Assembly: GCA_003344405.1 (NCBI GenBank)
Contig: NOWV01000032.1
Location: 310,001-374,000 of the forward strand
Length of the DNA stretch: 64,000 nt
Reading direction: 5' to 3'
Source of the DNA: Trichoplax sp. H2
Lineage: Eukaryota
Position 1 is the stretch's first letter; each line of letters begins with the position of its first letter. The translations under genes were made by a program, and so were the position numbers. The notes beneath the pieces were generated by a model that ran no database searches, had not been told where the DNA came from, and worked only from the letters and a program-made list of their open reading frames with translations. Positions 11,837-25,840 of this stretch are shown here, piece after piece.

Positions 11837-14800
11837 GGATTTTAATTACGAATTATAAAATTACTTGCAATTTTAAAAATTCTTAGTTATGCTATCATTA
11901 AAAATTATACAGTATATAAGTGGTATTCGTTATTTACTCTTACTGTGACAAATGTAGTATTATCGATTTATAACGTAAAATCGTTTCATAATTGACACTA
12001 TTAAGAATAATCATGGGTACTTTGCAACATGTCATTACTTTTCTTTGTTACCTAAGCCTGAAAGCCAATGGCTATTATAATTACAACTGCTATTAGTGGA
12101 CTGTAGCCGTCTGCCTACGAGACTGTTCTCGAAATCACTCATATGATCGGTAAACTACGATTATAATTATAATAAATTTCTCTGAAATTTTCATAGTTGC
12201 ATTGTCTTGGTTTAATAATCTTACTTGGAAAGACAATGTGAAAACTTCATGTTTGGTTATTATAGCAACAAGAATGTCGCTTCAGTGTATATATCAGTGA
12301 TCGATGGGGTTAATCATGGCATGCAAGTTAAGATCTTTCCGTGAGATAGATCTCTCTTGTCCGTATATTTTCTCATAACACTGCTGGTACTGAACAGAAG
12401 AGCACTATCAACTTTCGAATCTGTCTGATATCACTTGGCTTCTCTGTCAAAGAATCTTCATCAACAACATCATAAATTTCGTATAAAGACTGCTTATAAG
12501 AGATTCAAGATTTTTGATCAAGATTATAATTTAATCATAAATCCAATAACCACATAACGGTGGTTTCTTACTAAGCCAATTAAAGAATAACAACGCCCTT
12601 TACATATCACTATGATATTACATGATGTTTCAGACTTAGGCGGCAAAAATTAAGTCCGCTCTATCTAGCAATTATCATAGTACAATTCGGTAGAAGTATG
12701 TTTGCTGTCGTAAAGCATAATCGTTCATAGAAGATTACAGGTACTTCTTAACTCAAAATTGCATCGAATGTAACGCAATTCAGCAAAAAGATATTGATAA
12801 CGTCCTATATGTACGTGCTGGAATATTTTTTATTGCACTAGGAACATACGATTATGTGCAAGCAATCAACATTCTACTACATGGAGTATCTTGTGGCATG
12901 CGTTACACTTTGAGGACAGCAAATACAGATCTCATTTTTCAAATATGAACAAATGAACTGATACAAACCTGTAAATTTTAAATGTAGAGCACTACAGTAT
13001 ACACATAAGCCAAAATACGAACACTTCGAATTAATTGTTTCCAGACTAGTAATAGTATTTCACTAACTATTCATACCTCGTTCGCTATTGTTGTAATGAC
13101 AGCTTCTTCAAAATACGATTATTATTGTACAAGAAGATATCAATCACCGTAAAGACAATTGGATAATAACTCTTCAGGATGTCCGATCTTTAATACGAGC
13201 AAAAAGGGCTAGGTTACCATCAATTTCTGCGATCAATCTAAATTATTTAAGAAAATATCTTTCTGGCACATAGTAACTAACAAACATTGATAAATATTAA
13301 TTAATATAAGATTTAGCGTTCGCTAATTACTTTTTTTCCCATGAGAGTAAGCAAACTCTATAAAATGGATTAAATTCTCATGTACTTATATATGCATATA
13401 TTTTTTCAAACACGAGGAGAATTTATACAGGCACATTCTACCAATACGTTAAAACAATTGGATTAACATTGCGACCTTTAACGTCCGTGACCGCTGGTTG
13501 GAAATTTACTGATCTAGAATAACTATCAAATGTATACTGCACCTTCGGCCGCTGAAAAAGTGGCACACCTTCGAAATTAAATAAACAGTATTTTATTGAC
13601 TTTGGTTTTAATTTTTTTTGGGTGATCGTATTCTGTATTTTAATTTGTTTCTATATATCTGTATGCTGAATAGATAATTTCAACAAGTTTAACTATGGTG
13701 ACAATTAATTACGGCTGCAATAATAATAATCGACTGAAACGGTATTTAATTTTCAAACATCCTGCATAATCGCTATGAATTTACACTGCTGTATTACTAT
13801 AAGGAGTTTTAATAAATACATACATATAGAATGTATACGATGCTGATATTAGCGATCCGCTATACAGGATTAATAGCAATTGAATTCCTAAGTTGACTAA
13901 AACAAGAGAAGAATTCGCACGGTCTGTAGTAGGTAGTCACAACAACAGTTATCAACCGTCATTCACTATTACGATGCGATCTAGCCTTAAACCAGTATAG
14001 GTTCAACATGTAAAGTGATTCATTATCTAATTGAATATAATTTCTACGGCGTAGTCAGTACTATCAATATTCAGTATCTTTTTGCTTTAAGAATACAGAT
14101 TGAAATTCTCTTTCACTGTCATATCCTTTCAAAAAAATCATATTTCGGAAGTAATCTTGTCGCCGCTACAAGTACTATTATAATACTTAATTGTTGTTAT
14201 CCGGTAACTTTCTTTTCCGCCTAAAAATGAGAGTACGTATATAAGTCCTTATAAGTAATTATAACTAAATTGGTTGTATATGATACTATTCCATAGGTTC
14301 ACACAACCTACTAAGAATACAACAAAACGAGTTATTTTATTTCAGGTTGTGTCACAGTAAGTTTTTAAATACATATGCCCAGAATTTTGATGGCCTAAAA
14401 TACGTTACTGTATAGTGTATAGCAATTATATGAATAGCCATACCGCAAGCGTTGATGATTGAACATCTTTTGTAAGAATTCTATCACCATACTAGAGGGA
14501 TATAGACGAGCGTTACCCTTTGAGGGATTACATGAGTACAGTAAAAGTCATTATTTATAAAATACTGATTTCTACGACCAAGTATGATCAAATACTGTAG
14601 GACAGAACAGAGTAAATTAGCTTTCTCTGGTACAGGCCTTATACAGTATACTGTACGTTGCACAATAGCACACAGGAACGTTTACACGAAGAAGTATCAT
14701 GAAGGAGGTTTCGATTAGTAGTTTTGTGATAATTCTTGTCTAAAGCGACAAATACAGTCTACAATAACATATTCAGCTCTTTAAGTAGCACAATCATTTA

Positions 14801-15804
14801 CTTCTATAATTATGAAGCTACACAGATACAGGAACAGTACAGTAGTTTAGGGTTTTAGTTTATGGGTTCGAAATACGATCTCTTCCTGTTAGGCTTCAAA
14901 AACTATTTTCAAAGAAATTATAATGTAATTTAAAGCAATTACATAAGTAATGACTTTATTTAGATAGAATGAAAGTAAAAAATCAGGAATCCTTATCATT
15001 AACATTTTTGTACAGTGATAAGTTACCGTGATATTATCATATCGACTAATTTCAGAAATAGAACTTATGGATCACTTTAAAATTTAAGGATAAATTTGTA
15101 AAGACAAGTTTCAAACATACATGGCCATAGCTAAAGTATAATATAGTATAATACAGTAGTTGTCACAAAAGAAATACCGTATCACTGAAAGAAGATTTAT
15201 AGCTCCATACTTACAGTCTTAAACAAATTAAATTAATTGTGAGAGTACAGAAGTGTACCTTTTGTAATTAGTATATTTACTTAAAAGCTTAGATAAAATC
15301 TGTATTCTAACAGGAATATAAAATGAAAAATAAATTTATCGAATTCAACAGAAGTAAAATATCGTAATAACAAGGTCGAACCCCATTACATAACTAAAAT
15401 TGTATGCAAGTCAAAATATGCGTTTAATGAATAGCAAGTAACATATTAATCATGTATTAGAGAGAGAAATCGCTATATTTAAGATCAGTAAATGTCAGAA
15501 TAACAAATTCGATAGGTAAAGGTATCATATCTGATCCAATTTCAAATAGACAATTTCAGAAAGTCGTTATTTAATATTCCATTTAAAACTCGTTGGGGAA
15601 GATTCTCGCATAAACTGATTAAAAGCCTTCGTATAAGTCATGACTGGTCTAGTATCAACATTGTATTTAATATAAATCAAATTTATCAAGTACTCATATA
15701 AGGTACGGAATTGACTCGAGTCATCAAATTGCTGTACGTGTAATGCTGAGTCGATAACATACCTGGCTTTTAATGCCTAGTAGCAAGTGAAAATGAAATC
15801 AATT

Positions 15805-18196
15805 TTATTTCCTAAAAGACGTATTTAGGCGGAGGAGATTTCCCGATGTCGTTGCTATGCTAGAAGTTATTGGAAAATATATCATTGACATTAATACAGT
15901 AGGACTAGATATAGCAGTAAATATATGCTATTTACCACTTGACAATTTCTTTTCCAATCACATCATGAATGCAGAAACTAGCACCAAGACAACAACTTTT
16001 CAATGATGAATGCTTTTGTAAGTCCTAATAAGAATTATTGCTTTCGTTAAGTATACTTACACTGAAATTTAACCTGCCGATGGATAAAAACAACCTCCTA
16101 TATAGAATTCAATTAGCGATTATACAACCTGTTCTAAAATTTCTTTATATTTTCTTTTCTTGAGGATTTTTATAACGCATTCGCGTCCTAATATCGTAAG
16201 AAAATTTACGGGCACTGTTTATGCTTATATTTTGTATAATTCTAGCTAAATTACAAAGTTCTCAGAGAATGACCTCGCATACCCGTATAGTATGCTGTAT
16301 ACGCTCTCGAATAAAATTCTCCTAACCTCTAATAAAGTGCTTCATAAACTGCCCTGCATTAGGTATTGCTATCCACCAACTATCGACGTCTCTAATCGTT
16401 AAGGTTCCAATACTCATCAGGTAACTGTTAAATTATGCCAGGCATTAATTGATCATAAACAAATTGAGTCTGCTGGTGTCTCAAGTTTTAACTTAAGTTA
16501 AAATATACAAGTAAATGGGTTAGTAACTAGGTATTCTTTTCATTTATTACTTACGTCAAGTCCTGCTCAGACAGCCCGATTTTATCAAATAAAGTTTCCC
16601 TATTTATACTGACATCAGTACATTTCGGCAAGACGCAATGAAGAAATTTGTCTAAGAATCAAGCATTACATGAAGTTATAGCAGATATAGCTTACATCAA
16701 AATAGCATTTCTGCTACGCTTTACCGTATATCGTACCTATACTTGTGTACTAAATACACTAAATGCCATATCTTAAGTAATACACTCTAGAGTCTAACAC
16801 AATATATAAATATAAATATAATCTCCGTCTAGCTATCATTACATATGGATGATTTATTTTCTTTGGTTATTAATTTTTTGATGCAATCTGTGTAGTCTTC
16901 TGTGGTCAGGATCGAAAATTCGTCAGCCCCTTCACCAAGTTTGAACATACGGATAACATTTCGAATACGAAGATCGTTCTCGAGAGCGAAAGAATAGAAA
17001 TACAGTAAGACGCATACTATATACGAGCGTATGTACAATGTACATACGTACTGCATGCGCATATTTGTTATTCATGATATCATCTTGCTATTGAAATCAA
17101 TTTTTCGGATCAAGGCTTGATTTAATTTTCTAGCTATTTATAAACCCTATAAAAGGTATAATCTACATACATTAATTTAATTTCTAGGATTTACCAGCTG
17201 GCGATCAACCAAAGTTTTGTCGGAGATTATGCGATAAATTTGATGTTTGAATACAATAATTGGGTATGGACGTGATTTACGAGTATACGCGCCATGTCCT
17301 TTAGTACAGTCTTTCAAATACTGGATGGCAGCAATTATGTCATGCAAACTATCGTCATCTATTGAGAATGAATATTAAATTAATTAAAAATTTCATAGTT
17401 GAAATTGTAAAAACGCGAGAAAAATATAACTATTCAGTAAACTAAATCGATGAGGCTACACTGTCGGGTTTGTCCTTCCTGAAATCTACCTACATGTAAT
17501 ACGACTCTAAAGTGGCTTACTGACGATCTCCTATCATTATGAGGAACAGTAACACCACCAGTCTCTCTTAAACAAAACTGAACCCAAGCTTTATTGAAAA
17601 ACAGTCAGTTTACGTAAACATTAGTTATCAGTACTATACGTGGAAGATAAGCATTAGATAGTGAAAGCAATGGGGGAAAAGTCGCTTCATGACACGACAC
17701 CAATCAAAATATTAACATTTGTAATCAACGAGTGATTTTTCATTCTCGTATTAGGCTTCGGGTATACTTTAATCGCGCTGATTCTGTAGCTGACAAATTT
17801 AGAACAACAGTATACGCGTATGCGAAATTGAATGAATCGGATAGATGAAATTGTATGTTGAGTATTCCATCTTACAGTACACTGTCGAATGAGGAACTTC
17901 TAAGAGAAATCCTCTTAGAAATTCTAGTCTGGTACATACTGTAGACCAGTATTAATTTAAATAATTATAATTTATCTAACTACAGTATTGACAGTTAGCC
18001 GTAAATTAAAAAACGAATAAGTAATCATGAATAGAGAGCTTCAAGTTATTGGTTACTGCTACTGACTTAAGCAAAATTCCAGATCATTTTCGTCGGTTTC
18101 GTTAGGTACTTTTTTGCGTCTCTTCCTTACCATTTCTTGACTAGTAACTACCCCTTGAGTTGATAAGCAGCGTTTAAGCTGTAACACTGACTTCAT
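15805..18196 (-). CDS. STK19: STK19 (winged-helix transcription-coupled repair protein), 8 exons, 275 aa
   Basis: Exons 18196-18067, 17358-17195, 16978-16843, 16651-16555, 16424-16327, 16187-16129, 16024-15936 and 15859-15805, all GT-AG and phase-consistent (828 nt). Protein has an RKRRKK NLS, PIIVFKHQIY..DKTLVDRQL, LTIRDVDSWWIAIPNAGQFMKHFIRGR, IHDVIG and CIATTSGNLLRL, matching STK19 motifs. Confidence 0.93.
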
Positions 18197-18486
18197 CGAA
18201 GAATACGAAGTATTCATAAGTAATAATTAATTATAGTTCATACAAGAATATTTTTGTTATAATGGCGAAAATTTGATTTCAAATGTTTTGGACATTATTA
18301 ACAGAGTGCAGTGCTCATAAATGCCAAACGGATTGGTACTGAATCTGCGTACTACAGTATGTTGCTGTATTGAAAATGTGATGGTGAATTGCGCAGTGTA
18401 CGGTTTCAGATATGCAAAATAGTCAAAATGGCCCAAGAAAAGGTCAAGTACTGTAATTGTTTGCATTTTTAGAAAAATACGAGCAA

Positions 18487-18960
18487 GTACAGTACTATGT
18501 ATCGTACTATAGTAGTATTGTACTGTACACTGTACACTGTACAGTACAGTACGGTGTGATAACAATACAGTATAACATACTGTACTGTACAGTGTACTGT
18601 ACAGTACAGTACAGTACAATACACGTTAAATCAGATGCAGTACTGTACACTGAGTGTGCGCTGTACAGTACAGTACAGTTAAAGTGAATTGATAGGCGCC
18701 GTACTATAAAGTACTGACAGTACAGTACAGTATTTGAACGCGAGTATAATCATGTCATCATTTTTAGTATTCTGTACTGTACACACTGAGTGTCCAGTAT
18801 TGAACGACCGTTACCAGTCGCTCTTTCCTTTCAGTTCGACTTGCTAGAACTCAAGTTACTGTGGAAGTCCCGAGCAGACGTGTACAAGTACTGTACTGCA
18901 CTGTACTGTACTGTAGTGTACTGTCTGATACTCATACTGTATCATTATTTACTTGTATTT
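18487..18960. repeat. TACAG/CTGTA pentamer array in the STK19-MGRN1 bidirectional promoter
   Basis: Dense imperfect runs such as tactgtactgtacagtgtactgtacagtacagtacagtac in both orientations, between divergent ATGs at 18196 and 19202. Confidence 0.9.
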
Positions 18961-19201
18961 TCTTTTACTGTATTTATATCGGTTAAAAGACTACTGTATA
19001 AATCATACGAAGTAGAGCACTCGTATAAAAATATGTGTCGCTAAAAAATTATTGTCATTCACTTCACCTATATTTCGTGATCGCGTACTTTTAAAGGCTT
19101 AAAAAGAAGTCAAAAATTGTGTTATATTGCAAGCGTACTGAGAACGCCTTGGTTGAAAGAAAGAAACATAACTGTATGATGGTAATGTGCTGACTGTTAG
19201 G

Positions 19202-22200
19202 ATGGGAATCTTACAAAGTCGCCCGATTAGCCAAGACGAAGAAGCCAATCAAGGAGGCAATCGACTAAATAAATCGAACTCTGGATCAGGTAAGTTTGTC
19301 GAGACTCCTTATTACGAACGCACCTATGTTTTAAATCTAGATACCAAATAAAGAACATTAGTGTTCCTCTGTTCCTGATAACTTTACCCTGCTATAAATT
19401 TAAAAATTTTAATCCATAAAATATTATTCCTAACCAAGAAAAATACGGTGGAGTACAGTAAACGAATATGTACTAGCAATGGAGCATTATCAGCATAGTA
19501 CAGTACAGTATAGACAATATTTAGCAAACGTTCTGTACAAAGCATAGAAAACGCTACATTAATTAAAATGATGTACTAATATTATAAATTGTAACAAAAT
19601 GCTGATCACCATTTTTTCATTCGAAATTATGATGCTGCACATTACTGTATTGTCTACGTTAGAGACTGTGATTAGTATTGCAAATCGACGTCTAGTAACT
19701 CGATGATGGGCCTCCACGAGCCAGTTGCCATATCACATAAATTATGTTTGAGTCTTTTCGAGTTAAAGTTATATTTATTTACTGTCAATTAATCTAATCT
19801 CCGTTTGTTCATAATAGTTAAAAGCATTCAATATGTACATGTAGTACTGGATTGAGCGATACTGGTTAATTGCTATACTGTATAGTGTACAGTTATACAG
19901 TACAGTGCATACCGTGCATATACAGTACGTGTTTTGGTACCATACTGTAAAATGTGTAAATTACTTTATACTGTATTGTACAGTACAGTACAGTACAGTA
20001 CAGTAGTCGTACACCTTCGCACTGTACAAAAATGCAGCAACAATATTTTTATCGTTGTACGTCGTGATTTACAAATTACAGTCAAAGATATTACAGTATT
20101 TTAGATATCAGGTATTAGAACTGTAGTATTCATCATCGCTAACAAACCTTTTTTGTATCAACTAGGATGTTACTTTGGCAACCATTTCGTACTAGGTGGA
20201 GAAAGATTCGAAACTAATCAGCCTGAAGGTTTCCTTTTTGGAAATTCCAACGATCTAAGATTCTTGGGAAATCATCCTACTCCGGTATGCTTAAATTGAA
20301 ATATTTACTTGTATACTTAATTTATATCTGTTCAGCTCTGTCAAGGAATTTCGTTCTTCTAACTCTCTAGTTTCTATGTAGTAAGTATTGTTAATAGATG
20401 ACAGGCTGCAATACAGATTTCACTATTCCGAATTAACGACAATTATATATATACACAAAATTCTCTAGTTTCCTTATCGCGTTCCGAAATCTAATGAACC
20501 AAATAAAGCCCTACGAAGTTTAATACATGTCAGGAAGGATTCTTTAAAATTAAGCAGGTAGGACAGTGTTAGATCAATATTTGCTATTGATTTATAGCCC
20601 CCCGTAAAAGGTCTTTGATAATTTCTTGGTAGTTTTGACTTAACGATATAGTTTTAGTATAATGTACGAAGGAAAGATCTCAACTTCATTGTAAAGTTGA
20701 TAAATTAAGTATATGATAAGAATTTCTAGATACTGAACTCTAATTCCGAAACTGATAGTATCGTTAGTAGCCTTTAGTGATATTAAGCGGTTTAGCTAAA
20801 TTTTATCTATTAATAAAACATTAATCTTCGTTAATTTTTAGATGCATAGAGACAGATAGGGATCAAAGTAACAGATACCACCTTGAATTTACCTTCGATG
20901 CTGATATCAATTGCGCGATTAGAATTTTTTACATCGCAAAAGAGGAAATATCTAATGGAAATCTGATGTAATTTTTAGCCTATACTACCATACCTTCGCA
21001 TATATTATTTAATTAATACTAAATCTAAATTTATCATGGGTGATACACAGATACACACCGAAATCTCAAAATTTGGCGTCTCCCAAGTTTTACTATGAAA
21101 AGGGATCGAATCAACATTTTAATCAGTCTAGAAAACATTCTATCAATCTTCATGATCTCGAAAATAATGAGGTAACTACCGTAATTGTGTCGACATGGCT
21201 ATTGCTGTACTTGCAGTCGTATACAACATACGGATTAAGACGCGCGCTATTTTTACTTCAAATAGCTTACTGTTTCAATACCCACGGGCGATAAAGGGAA
21301 TATCGTCTATCCTGTAGTTATTCAAATAGATTCTGACGACAATGAAGGTAAAATTAATGGCTACTAGAAATGATAAATACATTTTCATCTTGAGTGTTAT
21401 TCAACAATGGTGTACTACACGATGGTATGGTTAGGCTTAGTTTATATCTGCTAGATAGCAATGATATTATTTGTATTTTATAGACCTTGTTAATCATTCT
21501 CAAGTGACGTTTGCAACTTTTGAGAAAGTAAGTTTTTAATAAATTAGCTATGATAAATCTAGCTTTGTAAAATTTTTATCTCTTCGTGAATTCTCAATAT
21601 CTTGCTATTTGAAATAGCTCCAAGGCGACATATATACTGTGAAGCCCCTGAAACAGAAGCAGATGGTAAGTTATTAAATGTAAATTTACTTGTTTTGATG
21701 TTTAAAAATTGTATATCAGTTTGCGTAAGCTGGTAAGCCCTTGTCTACCATATGTGTATTAAAATTCATCAGTCCATACCGAACATGTCAAATTAAAAGT
21801 TTTGTTATAACAGGTTGATGGAATTTGGTTCTTAATCCAAGAAATTTACGGCATAGAGAATAAAAATATTCGTGAGGATGAGGAAACCGGAGATGCTACG
21901 GGTGATCAAATAGACGATGCGTCCGATGATTGTGTCGTTTGCTTAAGCAAGAAAAGAAATACAATCATTCTTCCTTGTAGACACCTGTGTTTATGTAGTG
22001 AATGTGGTAAATAAATTTCACGACAATTCGTGTATAGAATGTAAAGGAATCTGATAGTATGCTAATGAACAATTTGCCGTCTATCCCATAATAGCTGACT
22101 CTCTACGTTACCAGTCTAACAATTGTCCAATTTGCCGATCACGTAAGTAATTGCTTTATTTAAAATATCACTTAACTCTGAAGTTAGTTAATTGACAATA

Positions 22201-24917
22201 ATTTAATGTACACGATTATCGTAAATATCTTCGCATAGCATTTCGGGCATTACTTGGCATTCAGGCTTATCGCCACAAAAGTGAAATTAAGAATAAGCAG
22301 GTTCGCTTACATCAACCTTACTTAGCTCCTAATTCTGTGCTAGTAGCATGCTAGTTTATAACCTAATACTGCTTTAAACCAAATTTACAACGCTAGAAAT
22401 CTCGTAATAATCGCAATGGATTCGAACCTACCCCATTAGTTGAGATTTTAAATGGCTCAAAAGCAACGAAATCAAATGGTAAGACTTTAATAGCGATTTT
22501 ACGTCATCATCTTAATTGGGATAATAAATGTAATAGTACAACCATTTCACGACAAATAGGTACCCGAGTAACCGTGATTGACTCGAATTGTTCTACAGAA
22601 CCTCGATTTTCAAGGTATGAGATATTGTGGTATTATAATTGGCAAAATTTAAAAAGGATTGATATGTAATTAATGCATCATTGATTTTCCGTTGATTATA
22701 ACTAGCTTGACGCTAATCCAGTCCGTTGAGGAATCTACATCAGCAGACAATATTCAAACTGAATGCCTAACAGAAAGTAAAATAGAATCAGCTGGAAAGA
22801 AATACTCCACAACAGATTCTGCTATTTTAAGAAGTACCAGCAAGATTAGTATTACTGTTCCTCCTGATAAAGATACAAACTACAATGAAACTATCCTTCA
22901 TAACACGAGTGAAGTATCAGAAAGAGAGGAACTTACTAATAGAGGCAGCTCGAATGAGACTGGAAAGAGTAAAAGTAAATATCGCTCTACGGAGCTGAAA
23001 GGTAGGAATAGTAGTACAATTAAATATACTTGATAAAATACATTAAGTTATATTATTAAACTGATACTGTAAGCTCAACCCTATTGATCGTAACATGGAA
23101 GTTTTTACATGAACAATCTTTGCTTTATCATCTCATCTCTTTCGGAAACGAATTCTATGACTGATAATTAAGAAATCGCTTCTTATAGTAGACTTTTATC
23201 ATATGTACAGCAATGATAGAAGTTAAATTTAGAGTAAATTCTTTAAAGAAAATTTCAACAGTGTGAATAGCATATTTTTGCGAGACGTACCTATATATAT
23301 GTTAGTAAAAATTAAAGCTTTCTGTTGAGATTTTCTCTACCACTAATAACAATGCATACCTAAGCCCAATCTCATCTTTGTAGTTATGTCATATTATCGC
23401 TTCCTGATATTTCACGGAAGAGTGGAGAAAAAGAGGTTTGTTTACAGAGAATGGGGATTATCACAACGTACTACACGATTTGTTACTTAGGTCGTACGCT
23501 AATGAGAATACCTTTCTATATCACTTTGATCAACATATTCAACTTGCTTATATGCGATTTTACAATGTACTACGAGGATTTAAATACTACATTACATTCA
23601 TGTACTGAGTCACTTGTTCGGAAATTAAACGTGCATTCAGTACGGGTGTATCACCCCACGGGGATTAAAGTACGACAAATCTAGTAGCAACTACTGGCAA
23701 GACTGGTATGCGTGTATTTAGTTCCATGACTTCTTAAAAGAATGGCATCTGCATTTGTGATATCGTATTTAGCTGTAAGTTAATCACCGTATGTACGTAC
23801 ACAGTGGTTAATATGAAAATTCCCAAGACCATGGCCATATCTGGGTCAACGCTGATTAATCAAGCATACATGCTAAGTAACTGTAGAAAAGTGCGCACAA
23901 TATGCTTATTTTTCTTGAGTTTGAAATTAAAATTTTCATTTTACTGTATCTCTAAACTATTGTTGATTCTGTTAATGTAGTGCGTACAACTTGTCCCTAT
24001 TACTAGCAGTAACATTAGTACATTAGCGGTTAGAGCAATATCTTAAATTTGCAGCTATATTCCTAAACTTCATTATTTTTGGAAACTGTTTTTTTTTCAC
24101 CGTGTATTATGAATTTGCATGCAGTCAAGTAGCATTGCAAGTAATCGAAAGCATTTACTCCATTTATCGAAATTTGTACAACAGGCGATAGCAGACACCG
24201 AGGGAAAGCTAGCGAGGCCATCTCTAGACGTCACTCCACCGATGCCAATTTAGGAACTATTGATGCCGATTCGTCTTGGCAAGCTGCTGCTGTGACGCAA
24301 GTTATTGCCCCATTAGACATAACAAGCGAAAATACTAACGAAGGCTATTCATATAAGGTACCTCGATTTTGCTATTGTTGCCCATTCCTTCAACATAAAT
24401 GAATTATTAATTAGTTCGCTGATACGGTATATTATAGGAAAATATCGATAACACTGAGGGTGCGCCATCAGCAATTGTAACTGTTCACGACTCTCCCAGA
24501 TCTTATGATGGTAATATTTAATCAAATTGACTATTACTACGCTTACCGCACTAAGATCTCTTCTAAATCATAGTGTATGTCCCAACAGATGAAACAGATT
24601 ATAATTGCAGTACGCGATGCACTGTAAGTATATACTGTAACTAGTAGGTTACACATCAATCAATCCATTGATAGTCATTTCTGTATTTGGACATTAATCT
24701 TCTGATCTACAAATTATATGCCATCTAGTCAGTAAATTGTTCGACGATCGATGCTGCATCGGATGGCACTTCAGATACTAATAGCGTAGACAGCGTCTTA
24801 TCTGTTCAAAACAATAACCTCCACTGCGGTAGGGCAGTCTCTGCCCCCGCTAGATCAAAGCCAACGACCATTCAGATACAATCAAGGAATACTGGTGGTG
24901 GTTCTTCAGAGGTATAA
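19202..24917 (+). CDS. MGRN1: Mahogunin/RNF157-family RING E3 ubiquitin ligase, about 18 exons
   Basis: Exon 1 (19202-19289) starts MGILQSR, an MGxxxS myristoylation motif. Then [13 protein letters not shown]...EGFLFG, FPY...[47 protein letters not shown], and the RING DCVVCLS...[35 protein letters not shown] (about 21925-22260). The Ser/Thr-rich tail exons ending at TAA 24915-24917 are less certain. Confidence 0.93.
19860..20010. repeat. TACAG pentamer run in MGRN1 intron 1
   Basis: Pure run gtacagtacagtacagtacagtacagta at about 19978-20005 with degenerate flanks. Confidence 0.85.
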
Positions 24918-25840
24918 TTTATAAAGTAATGCTAATGAAATAATCGTATATCAATCAAAGTATTTACCTTGTGCATTTTAACTAAGAATTTAGATCTTAA
25001 TGACCAGTTTTACTATTTCTAAATGAGATTGTGCATATATAACCACGTTTAAATTTTATTTACTTATTTCGACTGATGTTAGTACTAGTAACTGTAAAAT
25101 ATACTATTATCAACTTCTTTATTATTGTAAGATTATGTATGTGCTAGTTTTAATTTTATACTTATCATCGCAGCGATGATATGTTATGATTACAGATTAC
25201 TGGTAATTGATATTTTATTGTTTTGCTCTGTGAATGTGTGAAAATCCATTAAGAATCTGGCGAATGTTGTATGTAATATACAAAATAGCAGTAAAGAACC
25301 TGCAATCTTTGCAGTTGGAAGTAATACTTTTGCTATAGTTAATAGGATATTACAAGATAATATCAAATTCTGTTATGCTGTAAGATGCTAGAAAATAAAA
25401 AAGCTTCAGAGTACGTCACTAACGGTCATAAATATTATATTTTGCTTAATGCATACGTAATATTTGAAGCTAATACGTTACGATAGTTTTTATTTTATTT
25501 TTTTTTATTGCAATTAATTACTAAAATATAGCAATCTCATCTAAATACACTTCTAGCAATAAATGCAAAAGTTAGACTATCAATGATGTAAAAACTTCTG
25601 TTCTTTGCAGTAAAATCTAATTACACTATGTATTGATCCAACGTCTTCTTACTACTTAAAAAACATCGAGCTAATATTAACAGTAATTACTTAAATAAAC
25701 GATATTATTATTAACGGATTTCAAGTAGATGGACATGTATGTAGGATGTAGAAACAGCATCAAAGTTTATTTAGTGTCAGGTCATTGAAGAAGTTCCCTA
25801 ACAGAGCGATAGCAAATAAATACTTTGTAAACTCCATGAC

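Noticed and set aside
12200..13260. Coding-looking fragments on both strands, including a 75-codon open frame at 12721-12948 (+)
   Set aside because: No recognisable family and no consistent exon chain. A TBLASTX search would be needed.
14860..14885. GGTTCGAA as a tRNA T-loop
   Set aside because: No cloverleaf stems or A-box upstream.
18257..19044. ORFs rich in Y/C/T/V/Q/S (also 45341-45583, 53769-54023, 58336-58545, 58769-59053)
   Set aside because: They are translations of the stop-poor TACAG/CTGTA repeat, not proteins.
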